Shown here: in pieces, positions 12,764 to 24,954 of the stretch
How positions within the stretch are numbered: position 1 is the first letter of the stretch
Layout of the letters: every line of letters starts with the position of its first letter
NCBI GenBank assembly: GCA_020891255.1
Contig: BQFW01000008.1
Span: 1,054,001 to 1,118,000, forward strand
DNA length: 64,000 nt
Source: Entomortierella parvispora E1425
Lineage: Eukaryota > Fungi > Mortierellomycota
Direction: 5' to 3'
Notes under the pieces: model-generated
What the model was told of the DNA's origin: nothing
Database searches by the model: none
Seen by the model: the letters and a program-made list of their open reading frames with translations, nothing else
Position numbers and translations under genes: made by a program

Positions 12764-14165
12764 ATGGCCAGTATATTCGATACCCTAGGTGTTTCTGCAC
12801 TGGAGCACCACTGGACGACCTTGTTGTATTCAGCACTCGCCTGCTCTGTCATTGTGCAGTTGTCACAGGCAATAAGCCCACTTCTTTTTCCAGAAACATA
12901 CCCCAAGTTGCTTGGCACTAAGAAACTCAATTGGGATGGTAACTCCATTGGCCATCAGAATGAGGTGTCTTGATTGGGAACTCTGGTTAAATGGCCATCT
13001 TCTCTTCTCATCATTAGTGCATGTCGTTTCCACCGTTCATGCCGTCTCCATCGTCCTGTTGTCAGCTCCGTTGCTGTGGAATGAGGCACTCCTTCAGAAC
13101 AAAATCTTTGGTTATGACTTTTATGGCGGTCAGGTCTATGCCGTTGCTTGCGGGTAAGGGCTGCAAAGAGTCGAGGTTTCAATTGGTTTAATTGTGTTCT
13201 CTCCTCTATGTCTTTTTTTTTTTTTTTTTTTTTTTTTTCAAGTGCGGACAGTCGACCCTGTCCTGACTTTATTTTTGATTTGGTTGGGGGTCGATTGAGG
13301 CGTTGCGTTTTTTGTGTTCCCAAAAACCCAAGGCGTGGCGGTGCAGCGACTCTTTCTACTTCACGCACTCTGACCTCTTGTTCGAATGCTCAGAATGACA
13401 ATGACTAAGGCCAATTGCTCTATTTTCACCTAGATACTTTCTATGGGACACACTCCATAGCATCCGACACATCAAGGAGTTCGGCGTGGGCTTTGTTTTC
13501 CATGGCCTCTGCTCCTTCAGTGTTTTCATCTTCAGCTTTGTATGCTTTCATATTCCTTTTATGAGACTGATGCAATGATGTAAACGCTACCGACTTCAAC
13601 ACGAGTGGATCTAACCGTAATACATCATGAAATAGCGTCCGTTTTTGCAGTACTATGGCAGTGTCTTCTTGATGTTCGAGCTGAGTACACCTTTCCTTAA
13701 CATCCACTGGTAAATATCTACGGCCCTGTCGTCTGAAGGGCTCAGTGGTAGCGCACCACAAGGGCAGTGAACAAGCTCATTAATCAAAACCTTTCAACCT
13801 CCTCAATGGTTAGGTTCATGGATAAGCTGGGAATGACAGGAACGATCTACCAGCTGATCAATGGCATCGTGTTGCTGTCGGTCTTCTTTGCAGCGAGGAT
13901 CGTGTTTGGACTCTACATGTCCTACCAAACCTACCTCAATGTTATGCCAGTGATCTCTCAGATCCCTTGGCATCTCATTGTGATCTACAGTGCGGCTAAC
14001 GTGGTTCTTAATACCCTGAACTTGTTTTGGTTTTACAAGATGGTCGAGTCTCTGATGAGACGGTTTGTTACACCAAACAAGAAAAGATCACAGCAGCCGC
14101 AGCAAGATCAAAAGGAAAAGGAGGTCACCTTTTCAGTGAATGAGAAGAACAAGCAAACGCAATAA
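12764..14165 (+). CDS. TLC-domain (TRAM/LAG1/CLN8) membrane protein, TMEM56/TLCD4-like; exons 12764-12938, 13018-13153, 13434-13539, 13636-13709, 13814-14165
   Basis: Spliced motifs NWDVHVVSTVHA, GYFLWD, FVFHG, RPFLQYYG..FELSTPFLNIHWFMDK and LNLFWFYKM are typical of the TLC domain. Confidence 0.9.
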
Positions 14166-14294
14166 ATCGAGAAAAATGTGCCCGTCAAAGTACAATGACC
14201 GACTATTCTTTTTTATTTCAAAAAGGGTGACTTTGACTTTCTGTACATGTCGCTTGGGCAGCTCTTGCCCTTTTCGGTCTTTTGGATAGCTGAC

Positions 14295-14644
14295 TTATTG
14301 GGGCTTCTTGCGGAAAGAGACACCTAAAATAACATCGGACTAACTGTGTCAGCGTAGGAATGGCAATCGTTCTTTCACCTGTCTCTAGGCTGAGCAATAT
14401 CTCTAGTCTGAGCATTACCTTCAGAAAGCTTGGCAAGACCTCCAGTGGGTTGAGAGAGAACCATGTTGCACTTTGGGCAGTTGACGACCGAATCGGCATG
14501 GGAAAAGAGGGGAGTTATGGTCTGGCAACCAGAGCACTTGACGTCCATGTAGAACGAGTCTGGGCTTTGGACGGTGCGCTTGAGCTTGTGAGTCTGAGCC
14601 TGCTTGGAGGCGGATGGGTTAAGAATGTCTTCGGCAAGAGTCAT
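14295..14644 (-). CDS. RPS27: Divergent 40S ribosomal protein S27 (eS27) paralog; exons 14419-14644, 14295-14323
   Basis: [54 protein letters not shown]. The four Zn-finger Cys are kept and the phase-1 intron is GTAATG..TTTTAG. Confidence 0.9.
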
Positions 14645-14841
14645 GGTTGTTTTCTTGTTTCCTGAAATGAGTTGTGAGTTGAAAAAGAAGACAAAGGTGG
14701 CAGGGATGACAGAAAAAAGAAAAAAAAAAAACTGCGGTCAGCGCCACCAATTCTGTGTCACCCTGTTCAATACACGTGACTAAATCGTTCTTTCTCAACG
14801 CGAGCATGTGCCACATCTCTTCTTCAATCAAGGTCACCATC

Positions 14842-15752
14842 ATGAAAACCAGATCTAAGCGACAGGCCGATGCAAGTGGAGAGACGTCTGGAAGTACTGA
14901 GGTTAATACACCTGTAGCCAAAAAAATCAGAGGCATCAAGGCAGTGGACAAGCCAGCAATTTTGAAGAGCTCCAAGTCCGAGCAGACTGCCGAAGCCCCC
15001 AAGGACCAAAACGTAAATGGGGACAAGGCTGATAGGACAAGTGTCTGGTTGATGAAGTCAGAACCTGACACGTTCAGCATCGACGATCTCATCAAATCGA
15101 AGGACTCGACCTCACAGTGGGACGGTGTTGTAAGAATGCCACTTCCTTTCGATGACACGAATTATTCTTTTGCAGCTTTGAAGTCTGACCCCACTATTTC
15201 ATCATAGAGAAACCACGAAGCGAAGAACCTTATGAAGCATAATATGAAGGTTGGCGATACAATCCTGTTCTATCACTCGAACACGAAGGAGCCAGGAATC
15301 GTTGGTATGATATTAGAAGGCTGCATCTGTTTGAAATGCAGGCCTTGTTGTTCATATTGTTTTGCGTCATACTGATAGGTCTCGCCAAGGTCGCAAAAGA
15401 CTCTTATCCAGACTACACTGCATTCGACCCCAAAAGTCCGTACTACGATGCAAAATCTACTGAAGATGATCCCCGCTGGTATATGGTATGAAACTCTGTA
15501 ATGATTGTAATGGCTAGAAGTAAACGATTTGACGAGGATGATTTGGCTTGCTGTTGTCCGCTTTAGGTTGATGTCAAGTTTGATCGGAAGCTGAGAAGGG
15601 TTATTACACTGAAGGAAATGCAGATCTACAAGGACAAGGAGCTCAAAAACATGAGGTTATTAAACCGTGGACGCCTTTCTGTTCTGCCAGTCTCGAACGA
15701 CGAGCTGGATTTCATCTTGAAGATTGAACAGGAAGACAAAACGGAAGAATAA
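14842..15752 (+). CDS. THYN1: EVE-domain protein (THYN1/thymocyte nuclear protein 1-like); exons 14842-15129, 15208-15304, 15379-15485, 15567-15752
   Basis: WLMKSEP..FSIDDL..WDGVRNHEAKN..MKVGD..FYHSN..PGIVG..YPD.TAFDP..PYYD.KS..PRWYMVDV..RGRLSV are hallmark EVE motifs. Confidence 0.92.
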
Positions 15753-15867
15753 AATCGTGAATCCTCGCTCGCTTATATCAACTTTTCAACGAAGCAAAAA
15801 GGTTGGACGTCTGGGACCCAAGCTGTCCCAACTCTTCAAGCCCTTCAAGGAAGGGGCAAAAGATGAA

Positions 15868-15939
15868 TTCCCAGTCCGGGGATCGAACCCGGGCCTTGTC
15901 GGTGAGAGCGACAAATCCTGACCACTGGACCAACTAGGA
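15868..15939 (-). tRNA. tRNA-Glu (anticodon CTC), intronless
   Basis: TCCTAGTTGGTCCAGTGGTCAGGATTTGTCGCTCTCACCGACAAGGCCCGGGTTCGATCCCCGGACTGGGAA folds as a cloverleaf. The anticodon stem is TGTCG/CGACA, A and B boxes are present, and a T-run follows. Confidence 0.96.
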
Positions 15940-15997
15940 ATTTGTTTAGATGACAATTGTTATATTGAATCCCTACAGTTTGTAAATCTCCCAAAAT

Positions 15998-16007
15998 ATC
16001 ACGTGAC
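15998..16007. promoter_or_regulatory. E-box ATCACGTGAC upstream of the antizyme gene
   Basis: Extended CACGTG E-box about 220 nt upstream of the antizyme ATG. This is a motif match only. Confidence 0.3.
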
Positions 16008-16227
16008 ACATATTATGATGTCATGATTAAGGGGCGTGTCTCGTGATTGGTGCAATTCTCCACAAAAAGCTGAACCTCCTGAGAGATGGGCCGATTCATC
16101 ATCTCTTCACTCTTCCCCACTTTCTCAGATTCAAACAATCTATCGATCATTTTTGATCTCTGCGTCCATATCCACAAACCCATTTTCCCACATTTCCACA
16201 CCGCTCAGCGAAGACAGCAAACCTATC

Positions 16228-17229
16228 ATGGCGGGCCTCATTAGTAATAGTAGTAATTTTAGTAGTAATGGTATGATGGCCATTAATTATCAACTCGAGA
16301 ATTTTGCCTCGGCTCCTGTCCGCCGCATGCAGCAGACCAACGTCTTGGCTGTGTGCTTTGCCGATGAGGCTGCGAAGGGGTCTCAGTGCTATGTGTATTC
16401 AACTTGTAAGTGAGTTTCTATCGCAAATATACTTTCTTCTGTATGAAGGAGGATTCAAGTGGCTTTACTAACGTCTCATATATATATAGTGGAGGGCAGA
16501 GGACAGTGGCGGCCCTGACATCCCTATTAATGATTGCGCGATGAAGCTCACAGGCCTCAGTGGCAGCAGGGCCTGTGAGCAGACTCGCCAGGTCGGCATC
16601 TCGGAGGAGGAGACTACTTTGTTCGTCAAGGACATGAAGCAGTTCCGCCCCTCAACAATCGAGGATGCCGGCCACCCCGCCGTCCTCAAGAAGGACAACT
16701 GTCTGGAAATGAATGAGGATCAGCTAAAGGATGTGAAGATTGACGCACGATTGACCATCACCTCGACGGACTCGAAGATGAACACTTGGTTCGGCTTTGT
16801 GTCCGAAGGTGCCCTCTTTTTGCGTGGCAACGGTTGGGATGACATGGACATCCGAGAGGTATGCTGCGGCGTCTGAATATGCTGGCTGACTAGATAATTC
16901 TTTGCTAATATTTTTTTCTTTGCGATTTCCTTGTCGTCATTAGAGCGTTGTTGCGGCCCTTGACCTGGCCGAGGAGCAGCTTGGTTGCCAAACTGTGCTC
17001 CTTTGTCTTGAGAAGAACGACCCCAGTATCGGTAAGTCGCGAACGTTCCAAAATCTACATTGTTTCGATCTTTGAACGGACTGGATGACTGAACGTGTTT
17101 TCTCCGTTTCTTTTACTCCAAATAGCAAAGCTTGTGCGTACGTTGATGTACGCCGGCTTTGAGATGGTCCACCCCGCAGTGCTTCCCAACGCTAACCCAA
17201 AGTACTTGGTCATGGGCATGGATTTGTAA
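16228..17229 (+). CDS. OAZ1: Ornithine decarboxylase antizyme, translated via +1 programmed ribosomal frameshift; exons 16228-16405, 16490-16858, 16944-17031, 17126-17229
   Basis: ORF1 ends ...LEGRGQWRP-TGA (16516-16518). The +1 frame starts GAC at 16517 and after splicing gives SVVAALDLAEEQLGCQTVLLCLEK..KLVRTLMYAGFEMVHP..YLVMGMDL*, the ODC antizyme domain. Confidence 0.95.
16513..16588 (+). promoter_or_regulatory. +1 frameshift cassette: CCC-UGA-C shift site and 3' stem-loop
   Basis: CCC TGA C at 16513-16519. GCTCACAGGCC (16546-16556) is the exact reverse complement of GGCCTGTGAGC (16570-16580). GCGA/TCGC (16538-41 and 16585-88) may extend the stem. Confidence 0.8.
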
Positions 17230-18133
17230 GCTGTCATAGCATGTGAAGCTGTGCATGCTGATCCTTGTCCCCAAAGTCGATCTCTTTCCCTTTTCTACCT
17301 CAACCAGATTTGAATAAATATTATTTTCTTTGAAAACCAGAGTTGATCTGTGCTTTTTTGTCTTTTTCGTCCATAGGAATGGTGGAGGGGCTTTTTCAGC
17401 ACGTGTGGCGTTTCTGACAAGGGACAGGTCTCAGCCTACCAAAATAAAGGTCGCCCATGTGTGAACTGGAACGAGTGCTGGTTGGGTTAGAGCCCAGGAC
17501 TTTGTTGTCTCTGTGGCGTTGTGCAACCGCCGTGTCTTCAGTAATGAACAAAAACATCAAGCATCCGCACAAACACAGCCATGAGAATCTAGGCGAATGG
17601 TTGCCAGAGAGCAACAGCGTGCTTCTGGCATCCCCTAATAACGTGGACCATCACGCTGCTGGCGGACCTTCTGGTTGTGTATGTTTTTCCATGCACGAAT
17701 GTACCTCGGCAAAATTGTTTGTCTGGCTCTATATGTTGTTGTAACGAAGAGTCATCGAGGATCCAGAGTTGCTCCGCATGCCTCCCAGAACTCTTCATGG
17801 TCCTCCGCTTTCTTGTTCTATTCTTGCTCTGCTGATTGAATCAGCTTTTCACTATTGACTGAAGGCCACGCTATCATGGACTAAGTCTAAAGTGCAGTAG
17901 AAAATTGTCGCAAACGGGCCGTCATGGTCCCTTTGGACAAAAAAGACGCGCTGAGAGCACAGGCACCGTATAAAGAGTGTGGGGACCAGGCGTCCTTTGT
18001 TCTGATTCACATCTCATTCCCTCATTCCCTCATCCCCTCATTCATTCGCTCATTTCTTCCTCTCTCCTCTCCCCACTCTGCTCTCAAGCCATATCTCTGA
18101 TCCCTACCTGGCGCCTTTCTCCTCTTTCACATC

Positions 18134-18535
18134 ATGCCTTCCCGATCCGAAGCCAAGCGCCTCTTTGTCTTTGACTTTGACTGGACCCTGATCGAGGCCG
18201 ACTCCGATAACTGGGTCTTTAAACACCTGTGCGAGGAGCTTTACCAAGAGCAGTTGGTCTCCGTTGGAAAGGTTCAATGGACAGATCTGCAGTACGTTCA
18301 AAAGAACAGCAGTCTGATACCCTTCATTCCTGTCATCTTTCCCTTACTTATTCGCTCTTTTTTTGCACATAGGCAACGTCTGCTGGGCGAATTGTTCGAT
18401 CGCGGTGTCACTCAGGCACAGATCGAGAAAACTCTTGGACAGATCCCATTTGTAAGGAAGACCGGGCTACCAAAGAGGACAAAAGACGACTCGTTTGCTC
18501 CACGCTGTGATCCCAGAATTGACGCTGTGCCTTTT

Positions 18536-18566
<31 letters not shown>

Positions 18567-19472
18567 GAATCATTGTAGGCGCCAGACATGATTGAAGCTC
18601 TTCGCCTGATGAAGGATGAGGGATCAGACTTGTACATTCTCTCTGATGCCAACACTATTTATATCGAGACCGTTTTGAAGGTACAGTCCACGCCTTCCCT
18701 TGCATGAAGATTTTTTTTTAATGGTGTTGACAGGACGAATCTTTCAATCCAGTCTACGCCTGTTGACATCAGGACGCTAACATCACTCCCTTGCGCTGAT
18801 CAATTTTTCTCTACAGGCATATGAGATCGACACTCTCTTCACTGGTATCCTCACTAACCCAGCCTCGTTTGATGAGCGTGGTCGATTGAACGTTGTCCGG
18901 TTCCATGGCTTGGATAAAGAGCCTCACTGCTGCCCTTTGCCCTGTGAGCCTAACCTGTGCAAGGGTCAGGAATTGCAAAAGCTGATGGATTCTCAACCTT
19001 GGGATCAGGTCATCTACATGGGCGACTCTACCAATGACTTTTGCCCCTCAACACGTCTTAACAGGTGAGAAGAAGAATGGGACCGACCTTTCAAAAAAAA
19101 AAAAAAAAAAAAAAAGAACACGGAAGATATGATCTTGAACGTGACTCTAACATTCTATTCACGTATACCTTCCCTCCCACTCTGTCCCTCGCCTCTCATT
19201 CGTGCTCCATGTGCAGCCATGATGTGGTCCTAGCACGTCGCGGTCTGTTGCTGCAAAAGGAGATTACGGAACGCCCCCAGTTGGTCAAGGCCAATGTCGT
19301 GTACTGGGAGAATGCCAAGGACGTGCTTTTAGCGACGAGATCTATTTTCAACGCTACTGGTGCTTCGGTCTCAAAACCTTCCTCATCGGCAATTGAGCAC
19401 GCTACGCTTCCAGCGCTCTCTGCCGTGGAATCCTCAGACTCAAAGGTCTTTGCTCAACCCGTTCGAGCATAG
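18134..19472 (+). CDS. HAD-family phosphatase, PHOSPHO1/PHOSPHO2 (pyridoxal-phosphate phosphatase)-like, 5 exons
   Basis: HAD motif I VFDFDWTLIEADSD, followed by ILSDAN, TNPA, NLCKG and IYMGDSTNDFCP. Four frame-consistent GT-AG introns. Confidence 0.92.
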
Positions 19473-19656
19473 GTTAAGGCATCCTCAAGAACTTTTGCAT
19501 TTTCAACTTCCTTATAACTACACATAGTACAGTAATCACATCCCCCAACCCATCCCATCGCTTGTCGATGCATATTCCAGAGTGGACAGGTAGTTTTTCT
19601 TTTCATAATGACATATTATTCAAGTAAACGATACAATGGGGAACAAAACTGGGTGA

Positions 19657-21680
<2,024 letters not shown>

Positions 21681-21887
21681 GGAAGTATGTGTTGGTTGTA
21701 GTGTTGAGATGAATCCAGTCGCCTAGTGAATCCGGGATGAAGGAATGTGTGGTCGGTCCTCAGAGGTGATGATGCTGAAAGGATGTGCCGAAAAAAATAA
21801 AAAAAGTTCTGGCAGGATGTACATACAAGCCACCACAGTTTATATTTTATTGGAACTGGTTTTATTCTCAGTATTTCATAATAGCCC

Positions 21888-24034
21888 CTACCGCCATATC
21901 TAGATATTGGAGACAACGAAACAGCCAGGTTTAGTACAGTTGTGTTCGCTCATGAGTCGGATTGTTCACCTTCAATATTTGCCTACCTTGATCGTGCGAT
22001 CTGCACATCCTGTCACCAGATAGTTGTCAGCCAGTGCCATTCCATGGACAAAACCTATCAGGAAGATTCAAGCAAAATAGTCAGGCAAACCGACATTTGT
22101 TTGTTTGTTTGTTTGTCATGGACTTGTCGAATCAACATACTCTTGTGTCCCTTTAGAGTGAGGTCGCACTGGAATCGCCTTGGGTCCCAGCGCTTGATTG
22201 TGTGGTCGAAACTAGCACTGAATAAATGCCCCTGGCCATACTCGAGCTGCCAGACCTCCCAATTGTGGCCACTCAGGGTTCCTAGCTCACGAGTCTCATT
22301 CAAGTCGTACACATTGATAACAGCATCATATGTACTTCCAAACAGCATGCCATCGCCAACGGCAACATCCAGAACCTCGCTGGTCCCACGCCTGACAGTT
22401 TTTAAACAGGTGCCAGTGGTTACGTCCCACAGTTTGATGGTCTTGTCAGAGGAGCCTGTTACAAGCTGGCGCGCAGTTGCATCCGTCAAGGCAGCGAGGC
22501 AATTGACTCCACCAGTGTGACCCGTGAATGTTGCAAGACATTCAAGTGTCTCTGTATCCCACACCTTGATAGTCTTGTCCGATGATGCAGAGTAGAGTCG
22601 TCCATTGTCCACCACAAGACCGTAGACTTTGGCATTGTGATCTGGAATAGACTTTACCATACACGACGCCTCGTTCTCCTCCCGCCAATCCCAAACCTTG
22701 ATGGTGCCATCGGATCCAGCACTGAAATAACGATCTCCATGTGGCATTACAGCCAGCCCCCACACAGACATTGTGTGTCCTTTTGAGTCCTTGAGAAGCT
22801 CCCCCGAGTTAATATCAAACACTTTCGTGCTTCCATCATGTGCTCCAGCGAACACGCGATCATGGCTGACAGCAACACTGGTTACACCACAAGGGTGACT
22901 GGAGATTGTTCTGTGGCACGTAATTTCATCGTGTGGAAAAGTAGAAACGATGGTCCGTTTTGTCCCGGAGGAGGATCCGTGTTGAAGCAAATCCATGGCG
23001 CTCGATGACCCAGCAGTTGGGCTGTCGATGGTTGGCTCAAGGGTATAGTCGACGCTCTTTCCTGAACGGATAATCCGCTGCAACTTTTCAATCTCTCGGG
23101 CTTGGTCCTATTGCCAGATTTTTTTTGATCCATTTGTTAGACCAATCGGCTCTCTTTTGCCATTTTAAAAAAAGTGGGTTCTCTCATCTTACGGCAAGCA
23201 TGGACTCTAGTTTCTCGAATCTCTTATTGGTGGTGTCGATATATCCTTTGAAGCGTTCGTAAACACAATTTTGCAAATGCTCCTTTGAATCCCGCATAGT
23301 TCCTATAACCAGACAGATCCATGTTAGACAAGCTGTAATGACCACTTTTGAGCCTTTCAGTTTAATCAATCTAACCTTTGTATGGACACCCAAGACCTTT
23401 GTTTGGACAGAGGGTGGGGGCGTAGGAGCAGTATAGGACATGGCCGTGAAGGGCATCCTGGCGCACGATCTGTGGACATCCGTATTTCTTATTTGAACAA
23501 TAGACCAGCAGTTCAGATATCAACCCTGAGAGAGCCAAGTTGGGATGAAGATCTACATGGTTGAAGATGCCACATGGTGAGTTTGAAGTGACTTGCAAAA
23601 AAATGGATCCTCTTTCCCCTTGATCGCGTGAACTACCTTCAATTTTGATGCGGGATCGGCACAGTGGACAGAAAGGTTCGATTTCAATGCTGTGGTAGAT
23701 ACAAGAGGCACAATAGGAGTGGTTGCACCCATTTGTGATGACAGGTTCCCTGCAAACATCTTGACAACTAGAAGAGATTCACATGTAGCCATACATATCT
23801 AGTGAGTAGCAGCGACCAAGTAAAAGACAGAGGAAGGAAGGGAAGACAAGGAGCCGATACGTACACCGGACAGAGAATGGAGGGGGAAGGTGTGTGTAGG
23901 AACTCGACTTCGACCTCCTCCTCCTCCTCTTGCTCGGGCCCGGTGTTAGCCTGGACTGCCGCGACTGCGGAAGACCCGTTCGGCTCTGGCGACGAGCGCG
24001 AAGACGGAGTAGTGGTGTGGCTTGAGGAAAACAG
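21888..24034 (-). CDS. TRAF7-like E3 ubiquitin ligase (RING + TRAF-type Zn finger + coiled coil + WD40); start codon unresolved (candidate CTG at 24034)
   Basis: Exons ?-23865, 23637-23767, 23376-23552, 23193-23302, 22141-23107, 21987-22054, 21888-21899. RING: LCPVCQDVCREPVITNGCNHSYCASC..CPLCR. TRAF finger: YCSN..YGC..H..C..CPN..GC..G. WD40 repeats end in ADRTIKIWR*. Confidence 0.85.
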
Positions 24035-24954
24035 TTTGGAATGAGCGGGGTTTCTTCTGCCCAGAGATGGGGATTGTGGGAGAATGGAGAGATGGCGGGA
24101 GGGATGGAGGAGCGAGACGAGCGAGCGAGACAGCGGGAGGGAGATCACAACAGAGTTGAGCCACCGTTGCGATCAGTTCGATCGGAACATCAAGGGTGGC
24201 GCAGATGGGCGTTGCGCGAAGTTGCTCAATAAACTGGTTTCTTTTGCCACCAGAATGCGCCGCACTGCCACACAGCAGCCATGCATGCATCGCATCGATT
24301 CTGCGCAGTGGAGGCGTGTGAGTTGCAAAGAAATGATCGGGCGCAAGGTTATCCCGGGAGAGGACAGCGGATCAGGACATTTTCGCAACACAACAGCCGA
24401 GCACTGCCAGAGGTCCTTTGTCCTCCTGCTTGTCTTCCATCTTTGGACCTTGCAGCACGCTGCGGGTTCCATTTTCGAGCGAGAAGAAAGAACTGTCAGG
24501 CACGGAGGACCCCTACTATGGCCTGCTTTGTCTCTCACTCACTCCGACAAATACTAGCTTGGTGCCTTAATCACCAACCAGGCGGTGCACGATTGTCAGG
24601 AATGGGCTCTGCCCTCCAAGGCTCCTGCAGACTTTTTCAGTGCTTTTTTCTTCTCTACTTTTTCTTTCACTCTTGCTATCCCCCATCCTTTACCCCTGCG
24701 TGCGTGCGTTCATCTCTCGCTCCCCCTTCCCACACAAGCGAGCCCCCCCTCCTCCTTACATATCTCGCCTCCGCGTGCTCACGTTGTCAGTCGACCTTCT
24801 TCCTCTCAACATCGCCGTTGCGACTAGTGTCAACTCAATTTGTCTCACTGCCTCATCTCCCCTGACTGCTGCAGCTTTGCCTCTTTTTCTACTTTCCTCT
24901 TTCAACAACTGCCATCAAAAGCCCTTGCTTCCAGCTGCACCTCACATTCCCAGC

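Noticed and set aside
17396-17798. Several 69-95 aa ORFs between antizyme and the phosphatase
   Set aside because: No homology cues, consistent splice pattern or codon bias.
23241-23249. ATATCCTTT, a U12-type AT-AC donor consensus
   Set aside because: It is on the strand opposite the TRAF7-like gene and inside a coding exon. No U12 intron was supported anywhere in the window.
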